DNA from: Candidatus Methylomirabilia bacterium
Lineage (GTDB): Bacteria > Methylomirabilota > Methylomirabilia > Rokubacteriales > CSP1-6
Direction of reading: 5' to 3'
DNA: 64,000 bases
Assembly (NCBI GenBank): GCA_041497895.1
Contig: JBGQHJ010000001.1
Coordinates: 1 to 64,000, forward strand
Made by a program: the position numbers and the translations under genes. Positions 18,991-28,698 of the stretch are shown here, one piece after another; positions within the stretch are counted from its first letter, which is position 1, and each line of letters opens with the position of its first letter. The notes beneath the pieces are model-generated. The model had not been told where the DNA came from and made no database searches. It was given only the letters and a program-made list of their open reading frames with translations.

Positions 18991-20097
18991 ATGGAACGTC
19001 CGCTCAGGATCGGCTTCATTGGATGTGGAGAGGTCGGTGCCGAGAAGCATCTTCCCGCCGTCCGCGAGGTGCGGGAGCTCGAGGTCGTCGCGGTGGCGGA
19101 CTCCGATCCGGAGCGCATCCGGGCCGTGGAGACGCGGTTCGGGATTCGCCGCACCTACCGGGATGCGTCGGCCCTCCTCGCCGACCGCGAGGTCGACGTG
19201 GTCGCGGTGTGTCTGCCGCCCCGGTTGCAGGTTCCGGCCGCGCTCGAGGCGCTCGACGCGAGCAAGCATGTGTGGGTCGAGGCGCCCATCGGCCTCTCTC
19301 TCCCCGAATGCGATCGTCTGATCGCGAGGGCGTGGAGCTCCGATCGCCGGGTGACCGTCGGGTTCCACATGCGATGGCATCGTCTGGTGCGCCAGGCCAA
19401 GAAGATCGTGGAGAGTGGGCGCCTGGGAGAGATCCAGACCATCCGGGCGACGTGGAACAGCCCGCGCGCCGACGATACGCTGCCGGAGTGGCGTCGGCAT
19501 CGCGCACTCGGCGGCGGAGCGCTCGTCGAGGTCGCGGGGGACCACTTCGACCTCTGGCGCTACCTTCTCGGCGTCGACATCGCGGACCTGCTCGCGATGA
19601 CCATCGACGGCCGTTGGGAGGACGAGGCGGCGGTCATCTCGGGGCACATGAGCAACGGAGTGCTGGTGTCGGCGGTGTTCTCGGAGCGCACGAATCACGA
19701 CCTCGAGATCGAGATCGGCGGCAAGGCCGGTCGGCTGCGGGCCGCTCTGATCCGCTTCGAGGGCCTCGAGTACTACCAGACCGACACCATGCCGAGCAGC
19801 GTGCCGGCCCGGCTCCAGCGCATGGGCCACTTCTTGAAGGAGCTACCCCGCGCCCTGCCTCGCATGCATCGGGCGGGAGACTACCGGGCCTCGTATTGCG
19901 ATCAATGGCGCGAGTTCGCGCAGAGCATCCGGACGGGGACGCCCATGGAGGCGACCCTCCAGGACGGGCGGCAGGCCCTGTCCGCGGTGCTGGCGGCGGC
20001 TCGCTCCTCGGTCGTGGGTCGGCCGGTCGCGGTGCGAGAGGCTCCGCCCAGCTTGGCGCTGCCGGCCGGAAGGGGTCGGGTTCAGGCCGCGAGCTGA
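18991..20097 (+). CDS. Gfo/Idh/MocA-family oxidoreductase
   Basis: LRIGFIGCGEVG, KHVWVEAP (EKP variant), GGGALVEVAGDHFD. Confidence 0.8.
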   Translation: MERPLRIGFIGCGEVGAEKHLPAVREVRELEVVAVADSDPERIRAVETRFGIRRTYRDASALLADREVDVVAVCLPPRLQVPAALEALDASKHVWVEAPIGLSLPECDRLIARAWSSDRRVTVGFHMRWHRLVRQAKKIVESGRLGEIQTIRATWNSPRADDTLPEWRRHRALGGGALVEVAGDHFDLWRYLLGVDIADLLAMTIDGRWEDEAAVISGHMSNGVLVSAVFSERTNHDLEIEIGGKAGRLRAALIRFEGLEYYQTDTMPSSVPARLQRMGHFLKELPRALPRMHRAGDYRASYCDQWREFAQSIRTGTPMEATLQDGRQALSAVLAAARSSVVGRPVAVREAPPSLALPAGRGRVQAAS

Positions 20098-20122
20098 GCG
20101 GTCTCTCGCCGCGGACCGGCGC

Positions 20123-21703
<1,581 letters not shown>

Positions 21704-21818
21704 TCAGAGACCCCCGGAGCATTGTCGCGCACTCCACTACGATCGGAGTCATTCGGCGTGTGACACGAGCCCGGCGCGAACGGCTCGGGAGCGCCCGAGT
21801 CGCTGGCTGCGTCGCGTC

Positions 21819-22217
21819 CTAGACGGCCCGGCCGGGCCGCCGGGGTCGGCGAGCTCTTCCCGTCACCAGGCTCACGCGGGGCGGGCGGCCGCCGGCTCTC
21901 CGGCCACGCCGGTACTCGAGGATCTCGCGCGCCACCAGCACCACCAGACCCCGGGCCACCGGGCTCAGATCGCGCCAGCGATCCCGTGCGATGTCGCCGA
22001 CGGCCAGCAGCACGTCGTTGACCAGCCGCCGCGCCTGCTCGACGCGCTCCCTGGCGTGGGGCCGGGCCTCGGCCCCGAGGCCGGCGAGCTCGTCCCAGGC
22101 GTCGATGAGAATGCCCGGGTCGGTCCGAACGTGCTCGCGCACCGCGTCCCACACCGCTTCCGGGGCGCCGTTGGTCTCCGTGATCAAGTTCCAGACGATC
22201 GCCACCAGCCCATCCAT
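21819..22217 (-). CDS. hypothetical helical protein (132 aa)
   Basis: GGAGG RBS before ATG 22217 and a consensus sigma54 promoter just upstream; no family recognised. Confidence 0.55.
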   Translation of the reverse strand: MDGLVAIVWNLITETNGAPEAVWDAVREHVRTDPGILIDAWDELAGLGAEARPHARERVEQARRLVNDVLLAVGDIARDRWRDLSPVARGLVVLVAREILEYRRGRRAGGRPPRVSLVTGRARRPRRPGRAV

Positions 22218-22242
22218 GCTCGCCTCCGCGACGTCTCTCGGG

Positions 22243-22258
22243 TGCAACCGAGGTGCCA
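22243..22258 (-). promoter_or_regulatory. sigma54 -24/-12 promoter TGGCAC-CTCGG-TTGCA
   Basis: Exact match to TGGCAC-N5-TTGCW on the minus strand, 25 nt before the ATG at 22217. Confidence 0.75.
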
Positions 22259-22404
22259 GAGCGAAGCCACGCGAGTCCACATAGTTAGCGTCACGCGTTC
22301 TGGGGCGGAGCGAGAAGCGCCCGCCTCGGTGGGGTAGAGCCGCCCCACCTTGTCGCGAGCCCGGGCCGACGTGCCATAATGCCGCCGCCGAGGATCGACG
22401 CCCC

Positions 22405-23415
22405 GTGAACGCGCCCGCGCCCCGCCCGGATACCACGCGCCTCCAGCGCCTCGTGCATTCCTACCGTGATGCCGCCGCCCTCATGGCCGCGGTCGAGCTG
22501 GGCCTGTTCACGGCGGTCGCGCGCGGAGCGGACACCGAGGCCGCGGTGGCCCGGGCGCTCGACCTCACGGCGACCAACGCGGAGCGGCTGGTCACCGCGT
22601 GCGTGGCCCTCGGCCTCCTCGCTCGCGAGGGCGATCGACTGCGCAATGCGCCCGACGTGGCCCGGTTCCTCGTCGAGGGCGAGCCCACCTACGCGGGGTC
22701 GTGGATGCTCTTCAGCAAGCCGGACTGGGACGAGTGGGGCCGCCTGGGCCAGCACCTCCGGCGTCGCGACGCGGTCCTGCTCGGCAAGTACGCCGAGGGC
22801 TTCACGGTGGATCGGGCGCGCAAGTACCACGAGGCGACCTACTCGATCGGCATGGGGGCGGCGCGCCGCTTCGCGCGCCAGGTCGACCTCGCGGGACGGC
22901 GGCAGATCCTCGACCTGGGCGGCGGCTCCGGCTGCTACTGCATCGTGGCCGCGCAGCAGCATCCGGAGCTGCACGCCGTCGTGTTCGACCTGCCACCGGT
23001 GGTGGAGGTGACGCGCGAGTTCATCGTCTCCCACGGGCTGTCCGACCGGGTCACCGCGCAGGCGGGAGACTTCACGCGGGATCCGCTGCCGCCCGGCTCC
23101 GACGTCGTCATCATGGCGAGCAACCTGCCCCAGTACAGCCGCGAGATCATCCAGGCCGTGGTCACCCGCGCCTTCGCGGCGCTCGTGCCCGGTGGGGAGA
23201 TGCACCTGATCGGCGAGATGCTCGACGCCGAGCGCAGCGGGCCGCGCGACCCGGCGCTCTGGGGCCTCGCGGAGGCGCTGTGGGGCAGCACCGGTATCGC
23301 GCACTCGGTGGCCGAGTGCCGGGCCTACTTCGAGCGCGCGGGGGCGTGCGAGATCGCGGCCCACGAGTTCGTGCCCGGGGTGCTGACGCGGGTGACCGGG
23401 CGGCGGCCCGGATAG
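22405..23415 (+). CDS. SAM-dependent O-methyltransferase with dimerisation domain
   Basis: AAVELGLF, ILDLGGGSG, VFDLPPV, AGDF, LVPGG. Confidence 0.85.
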   Translation: MNAPAPRPDTTRLQRLVHSYRDAAALMAAVELGLFTAVARGADTEAAVARALDLTATNAERLVTACVALGLLAREGDRLRNAPDVARFLVEGEPTYAGSWMLFSKPDWDEWGRLGQHLRRRDAVLLGKYAEGFTVDRARKYHEATYSIGMGAARRFARQVDLAGRRQILDLGGGSGCYCIVAAQQHPELHAVVFDLPPVVEVTREFIVSHGLSDRVTAQAGDFTRDPLPPGSDVVIMASNLPQYSREIIQAVVTRAFAALVPGGEMHLIGEMLDAERSGPRDPALWGLAEALWGSTGIAHSVAECRAYFERAGACEIAAHEFVPGVLTRVTGRRPG

Positions 23416-23444
23416 CGGCGACGATTGCCGAGGGGGGCCAACCG

Positions 23445-24596
23445 GTGGCGTACGACGTGATCGTGATCGGGGTGGGGGGAATGGGCAGCGCGACGCTCTT
23501 CCATCTGGCGCGCCGCGGGAAGAAGGTCCTGGGCCTCGAGCAGTTCGACGTTCCCCATCAGCTGGGCTCCTCCCACGGGATCAACCGGATCATCCGCCTC
23601 GCGTACGCGGAGCATCCGAGCTACGTGCCGCTGCTAAGGCGTGCCTACGAGCTCTGGCGGGAGCTGGAGCACGGCGCCGGCGAGCGGCTGCTGTTCGTCA
23701 CCGGCGGGATCGACGCGGGGCCCGAGGACGGCGCGCTCGTGTCGGGCTCGGTGCGCTCGTGCCACGAGCACGGGATTCCCCACGAGCTGCTGAGCGCGGC
23801 GGAGGTCCGGCGTCGATTTCCCGGCTATCGCCTGGGACGCGGCATGCTCGCGGTGTACCAGGCCGACGCCGGGTTCGTGATGGCCGAGCGGAGCATCGTG
23901 GCCCACGCGAGCGCCGCGCTCGAGCGCGGGGCGGAGATCCACGGGCGCGAGCGTGTGCTCGACTGGAAGGTGAGCCGGGGGACGGTCCGGGTGCGGACGG
24001 ACCGGGGAAGCTACGAGGCGGAGCGGCTGGTCCTGGCCGCCGGCGCCTGGACCGGGAAGCTGGCCCGCGCGCTGGCCCCGATGGCCAGGCCCGAGCGCCA
24101 GGTCCTGCTGTGGACGCAGCCGCGCCGGCCGGAGCGCTTCCGGCTCGGCGCGTTTCCCGTGTTCAACATGGAGGCGCCCGAGGGCCGGTTCTACGGGTTC
24201 CCCAGCCACGGCATTCCCGGATTCAAGATCGGCAAGTACCACCACCGGGAAGAGCAGGTCGACCCCGACACGATCAACCGCGGCTGCGACGCGCGGGACG
24301 AGGCGGTGGTGCGGGCCGGGATCGAGCGGTACTTCCCGGACGCGGCCGGGCCGACCCTCTCCATGACGGCGTGCATGTTCACCAATAGCCCGGACGAGCA
24401 CTTCATCCTGGACGTCCATCCCGACGCGGCGGAGGTGTCGATCGCGGCCGGGTTCTCCGGCCACGGGTTCAAGTTCTGCAGCGTGGTCGGCGAGATCATG
24501 GCCGATCTGGCCACCGCGGGGCGGACGCGGTGGGACCTGGACCTGTTCCGGATGGCTCGCCCGCGGGTCCCGCTGCCGACCCCGGCGGGACGCTAG
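23445..24596 (+). CDS. solA: N-methyltryptophan/sarcosine oxidase family
   Basis: VIGVGGMGSA, GSSHGINRIIRLAY, CMFTNSPDEHF, GFSGHGFKF. Confidence 0.88.
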   Translation: MAYDVIVIGVGGMGSATLFHLARRGKKVLGLEQFDVPHQLGSSHGINRIIRLAYAEHPSYVPLLRRAYELWRELEHGAGERLLFVTGGIDAGPEDGALVSGSVRSCHEHGIPHELLSAAEVRRRFPGYRLGRGMLAVYQADAGFVMAERSIVAHASAALERGAEIHGRERVLDWKVSRGTVRVRTDRGSYEAERLVLAAGAWTGKLARALAPMARPERQVLLWTQPRRPERFRLGAFPVFNMEAPEGRFYGFPSHGIPGFKIGKYHHREEQVDPDTINRGCDARDEAVVRAGIERYFPDAAGPTLSMTACMFTNSPDEHFILDVHPDAAEVSIAAGFSGHGFKFCSVVGEIMADLATAGRTRWDLDLFRMARPRVPLPTPAGR

Positions 24597-24796
24597 CCCT
24601 CGACGGCGCCCGAGATCTCGAGCGCCCGCCCGCGCGGGCGGGCGACGATCTGCCCGCGCCGGTGAAGGCGATTTGGTAGGAGCCGGACCACGTGCGCACC
24701 AGACCGGCGCCGAAGGCCGCGGTCGCGGCGCCCACCTGGTGCGCAACCGCGATCCACCCGTACATGATGCCGACCCGGTGCTTGCCGAACAGCGTC
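24590..24796 (-). repeat. decayed direct-repeat copy of the MFS 3' end (matches 28696-28951)
   Basis: Aligned by eye: about 4 substitutions and one 49-bp deletion between GCGCC microhomologies. Confidence 0.92.
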
Positions 24797-25072
24797 GTGT
24801 CCACCGCCCCCTCGACGACGTGGCGACGGCGAGATGTACGACTTCACGCGCTTTTCCGTCGATCACCCCCACCGCGGCCCGGCCGGTCTACCCAGCACGA
24901 GACGGGCCGTTCGGGGCGGGTTGCGCCCGGCGACTCCCCGCGAAAGTCCCCGCGCTCCCCGCCGCGATCCAGCCCGTGCGGCCAGGGAAGTGATTGACAG
25001 GTCGTTCACGCACCACCTACCGTAGTCGCCGACCGAGGGCCGAGCCGCAGGCCGAAAGGAGACCCCGCCGCG

Positions 25073-25803
25073 ATGGCGCGCCAGAGGGACCAGATGGACT
25101 CTATCTGCTTGCCCGAGATGCCTCGAAGCGCCTTCCTGGCCAACGGGATCTGCCGCCCGATCTGGGGGTGGATCTCCGACCACATTGGACGCGAGAAGAC
25201 CATGGCGCTGGCCTTCGGGCTGGAAGCGGTGGCCATCTATGCGCTCATCTCCTTTGCTCACCGTCCGCTGCTGTTCGTACTTTTCAGCGCCTGTACTTTC
25301 CTTGGCTGGGGTGAAATCTACTCGCTATTCCCCGCGTTGTGTGGAGACTTCTTTGGCCGCAAGCACGCCACGGCCAACTACGGGTTCCTCTACACTGCCA
25401 AGGGCACCGCGTCGGTACTGATTCCGATCGGCTCCGCGCTCGCCGCCGGCAAGGCCTTTGACTTTCGCGCCGACATCCTGCTCCTGCTAGGCGGAATCCT
25501 GGAGGTGTTCGTGCTGTTCCTGGCGCCGACCGTGCTCAAGATGAAGCTGGGCCCCGCGAAGGTGATTCTGCTGCTGGTGGCAGCGCCCTGGTCGCCTACG
25601 GTCTCGTTCTCACGATGATCCCGGCCGTCTGTACTCCCTTCGCAGCCAAGTCCACTGTGCCGGAGGTCGGGTGGAGCGGCGTTTTCAAGGTTGCGATTGC
25701 CTTCGACGTGATCGCGGCGGTGCTGGCCTTCTTCGTTCTGCGCAAGATGAAGGCGCCGGTACTGCAGACAGAAGCAACTACCACCGCGATGGCCGCGGCG
25801 TAG
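25073..25803 (+). pseudogene. OFA (oxalate/formate antiporter)-family MFS fragment, 5'-truncated and frameshifted
   Basis: NGICRPIWGWISDHIGREKTM..WGEIYSLFPA..FGRKHATANYGFLYTAKG; only the C-terminal half is present; GWSGVF tail is in another frame. Confidence 0.75.
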
Positions 25804-25894
25804 GATGCGCGCCAGAACTTCGGATGCTCCTTTCGAGCCGGAAAACCGCCCTTTCCACTGCGTGATTGTCTGCCCTTCGCCCCAGCTGACCATC

Positions 25895-25948
25895 GGCCTG
25901 ACGATCCCGCCGTCGCTCCTGCCGCGGGCGGATCAGGTCATCGAGTGA
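25895..25948 (+). repeat. orphan 3'-end remnant of an ABC_sub_bind gene (GLTIPPSLLPRADQVIE*)
   Basis: 49/54 identical to 26908-26961; its TGA overlaps the next ATG (TGATG). Confidence 0.9.
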
Positions 25949-26961
25949 TGGACCGGCGAGCGTTCATCAGGACGCTGACTGGCGGCCTCCTCGCCGCGCC
26001 GCTCGCGGCCGAGGCGCAGAAGTCAGAGAAGATGCCTCGCGTGGGAATTCTTGGCATCGGTCCAGCTCCGGGCCCACAGGAGCTGGCGAAGTCAGTCTCG
26101 ACAAACCGGTTCTGGCTGTCGATGAGAGAGCTCGGCTGGGTCGATGGCCAAAACATGGTCGTCGAGCGGCGGTTCGGCGAATCCACTGATCAGCTTCGCA
26201 CAGGTGCCGCTGACCTTGTACGCCTCAAAGTCGACGTACTGTTCGTTGGAAGCGCGGGCCTGGGGAAGCTCCTGCAACTGGAAACGAAAACCATCCCCAT
26301 CGTAGTTGGTCGCGCCGAAGGTGATCTCGTTGCCGCGGGACTCGTCGCCAGCCTAGCAAAGCCTGGGGGCAATATCACAGGGTCACAGATCCTCAACGAT
26401 GATCTCGTCCCGAAGCGCCTCGAGCTTCTCAAAGTGCTTGTACCGAATCTTTCAAAGGTCGCGCTCCTTCGAGAGGATGTCACAAGCTCGGTACTCCCCC
26501 AGATACCCGCTCGGTACGATCAACAGGCCTCTACCGCAGCTCGGACCCTCGGCATAGCGGTTCATACGTTCCTCGTCCGCCGAGCGGGGGATGTGGCTGC
26601 CGCTTTCCGCGGGATGATGAAGAATCAGGACCAAGCTGTATTGGTGGCTTCGTCGACCTTTATGTTCGTGCATAGACAGGCCATCGTGGATCTTGCGGCC
26701 GCACATCGGATCGCCGCAGTCTATGAGCTCCGGGGGTTTGTTGAGACGGGTGGGTTCATGTCCTATGGAGTAAATGTTCCTGAGATGGAGCGCCGTGCTG
26801 CGACCTACGTAGACAAGATCCTCAAGGGCGCCAAGCCCGCCGATCTCCCGGTGCAGCAGCCGACGGAATTCGAGTTAGTGATCAACGTGAAGACCGCCAA
26901 GGCCCTCGGCCTGACCATCCCGCCGTCGCTCCTGCAGCGGGCGGATCAGGTGATCGAGTAG
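25948..26961 (+). CDS. orphan ABC transporter substrate-binding protein (ABC_sub_bind-like)
   Basis: MDRRAFI signal, LVASLAKPGGNITG, KRLELLK, GGFMSYG, YVDKILKGAKPADLPV. Confidence 0.9.
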   Translation: MDRRAFIRTLTGGLLAAPLAAEAQKSEKMPRVGILGIGPAPGPQELAKSVSTNRFWLSMRELGWVDGQNMVVERRFGESTDQLRTGAADLVRLKVDVLFVGSAGLGKLLQLETKTIPIVVGRAEGDLVAAGLVASLAKPGGNITGSQILNDDLVPKRLELLKVLVPNLSKVALLREDVTSSVLPQIPARYDQQASTAARTLGIAVHTFLVRRAGDVAAAFRGMMKNQDQAVLVASSTFMFVHRQAIVDLAAAHRIAAVYELRGFVETGGFMSYGVNVPEMERRAATYVDKILKGAKPADLPVQQPTEFELVINVKTAKALGLTIPPSLLQRADQVIE

Positions 26962-26991
26962 ATCAACCCCGATCTATACGGGCGAGAGGCT

Positions 26992-27147
26992 ATGAATGAC
27001 AACGGCCCCAAGTGTCCCGGCTGTGGGAGCGCCGACGTTGCTATTCGGGGAAGCGCAGCTGCACAGAACGCCCCCTCCCCATCCCAGATCTGGGAGTGCA
27101 AGACGTGTGGCTTCGTCTTCGCCTACCGGCCAGGACGGCGGTCTTAG
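26992..27147 (+). CDS. 51-aa zinc-ribbon microprotein (not in ORF track)
   Basis: MNDNGPKCPGCGSADV..WECKTCGFVF..*; two CxxC motifs; GAGAGG RBS. Confidence 0.65.
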   Translation: MNDNGPKCPGCGSADVAIRGSAAAQNAPSPSQIWECKTCGFVFAYRPGRRS

Positions 27148-27243
27148 CATCGGTAGTGGTCCAGGTGATCGCCAAGCTGGAAGAGAACACGGGGCCCTCG
27201 GCGTGCCGGTGACGGAGCTGCTGGGGGTACCGGAGGGGGGGGC

Positions 27244-27483
27244 ATGGATAGCGACCAACTTCGGAGGGTGATGCGGGATCTGGGCGACGCGGTCAACGCC
27301 TACGAGCAGGGGCAGGGGTTTGTGGGGATCGAGAAGCTGCCCAGTGAGATCGAGCAACTGCGCGGTGCTGCATATGTCCGCCACGCGCAGGAAATCCGCA
27401 GAGCGCTCGAGCGGAAGGACGAGGGCGCGATCCTAAGCGAGCTGATCCTCGTCTTGGAAAGGCTGGAGCGAGAGAGGGGATGA
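27244..27483 (+). CDS. hypothetical protein (79 aa)
   Basis: GGAGG RBS; protein-like helical composition. Confidence 0.55.
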   Translation: MDSDQLRRVMRDLGDAVNAYEQGQGFVGIEKLPSEIEQLRGAAYVRHAQEIRRALERKDEGAILSELILVLERLERERG

Positions 27484-27814
27484 GAAAGCAAGAAGCCCCC
27501 GAGGTGCGCGAACCCCCGCGGTCTGGCGGAGTACTGGAAGTGAGTCTCTACGCTCGCGTACGGGCCGCCATCCGGCGGAGACGAGCCACCCGCCGCCGGA
27601 GCCGTCGCGCCGCCAACCGCGCCACCGCCAGTCGAGCCGCCTGGACCACCCGATCGATCATGCTGACCGATATTGCACACAGTGTGCCCGCGACACATTC
27701 CGTGGTTCTGCTGGAACTTAGCGGCTCGCGCGGTCTTTGCGCTGAGCACGGGCCTTCCCACCATGGGCTTCGCGATGACATTTTTCGGAAGGAGGAGGAA
27801 CGGGAGGGGAAGGC

Positions 27815-27889
27815 ATGATCGCCGCCATCTACGCCCACGTCATGCCGCGGAAGGGACGGGAGCGGCTGGCGGAGTACCTGAAAGTAGGA
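27815..27889 (+). pseudogene. recombinase-like remnant MIAAIYAHVMPRKGRERLAEYLK
   Basis: MIAAIYA resembles a serine-recombinase start (xAAIYARxS); IYAHV resembles the tyrosine-recombinase catalytic tail. Confidence 0.35.
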
Positions 27890-27902
27890 AAAGGAGAAGG
27901 CC

Positions 27903-28064
27903 ATGCCAAGAATCATTCAGCTCGCCCCCGACGGGGGCGGCCGCTACATCGCGGTCGATCGGGATGGGGACCTCTGGCGGGGCGAGACGAAGCACCAGAA
28001 GGACGGCGGCGAGGAGTACATCCAGTGGAGGCCGCTGCCCTCGCAGTTCCCGAGGGACAAGTGA
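27903..28064 (+). CDS. 53-aa hypothetical microprotein (not in ORF track)
   Basis: MPRIIQLAPDGGGRYIAVDRDGDLWRGE..FPRDK*; AAGGAG RBS; GC3-rich codons. Confidence 0.6.
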   Translation: MPRIIQLAPDGGGRYIAVDRDGDLWRGETKHQKDGGEEYIQWRPLPSQFPRDK

Positions 28065-28102
28065 GTCGGCGCGGGCGGAATACCTGAAGTAGGAGGTAGC
28101 TC

Positions 28103-28381
28103 ATGACTACCGGAGCGGAGAACCCGAACGAGCTGGTCTACAAAGCGCTGTGCCGCCGGCACCGGTCGACGACGAAGGGGGCCGCCAACCCGATGACCCG
28201 TCAGGAACTCCAGGAGGCGACGGGCCTCACCGCGGAGGCGCTGATCCACGCGTTGCGGGCCCTCGTCGGGCCGAACGCTGACCAGGATCTGTCGATTCGT
28301 TTCGTGAGCGGCGACCCGGACAAGATCACCCTCGGCGTGGCATGGGTCAGTCGGTGTGAGGACAAAGGGCTGAACGCATGA
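28103..28381 (+). CDS. hypothetical protein, possible winged-HTH
   Basis: AGGAGG RBS; MTRQELQEATGLTAEALIHALRAL is HTH-like. Confidence 0.55.
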   Translation: MTTGAENPNELVYKALCRRHRSTTKGAANPMTRQELQEATGLTAEALIHALRALVGPNADQDLSIRFVSGDPDKITLGVAWVSRCEDKGLNA

Positions 28382-28656
28382 TCGCGGCCCTCTCCGCCCG
28401 CCTCCTGCTCGCCGGGCTCGGCCTGCTCGCGCTCGCCCCGTCCGCCTCCGCCGAGTGCGCGTGGGTGCTCTGGGAGCACACGTCGCAAGAAACACGGTGG
28501 GGATGGGGGCCTCGTCGCATCAACTCGACTCCCCTCGGCGGGGTAGCGACTCTCGCAGAGTGTGAGAAGGAGCAGGCCCGTCACAGGCAGATGAGCGACA
28601 CGCTCGCCTCGAGCAGCCACCGGCCCCAGGTAGCCCCGAACACTCCCCCCGGATAG
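28378..28656 (+). CDS. small secreted 'ECAWVLW' protein
   Basis: Signal peptide ending ASA, then ECAWVLW..TLAECEK; ATGA overlap with the previous ORF. Confidence 0.6.
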   Translation: MIAALSARLLLAGLGLLALAPSASAECAWVLWEHTSQETRWGWGPRRINSTPLGGVATLAECEKEQARHRQMSDTLASSSHRPQVAPNTPPG

Positions 28657-28698
28657 CTGGCGCTCGGTCACCGAGTCCCCACGAAGTCCCCCGCCACG

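Larger units (their letters stand above)
24797..28695. mobile_element. decayed integrative element/islet inserted in the MFS gene 3' end
   Basis: Bounded by the duplicated MFS end; visibly more AT-rich codons; contains pseudogenes, micro-ORFs and a recombinase-like remnant; no intact integrase. Confidence 0.6.

Noticed and set aside
25610..25620. TGA in the OFA fragment as a second selenocysteine site
   Set aside because: The downstream part is in a different frame and there is no Cys-motif context; it is an ordinary frameshift.
27480..27818. 112-aa + strand ORF in the islet
   Set aside because: Low-complexity Arg/Ala composition overlapping other candidates; no support for coding.
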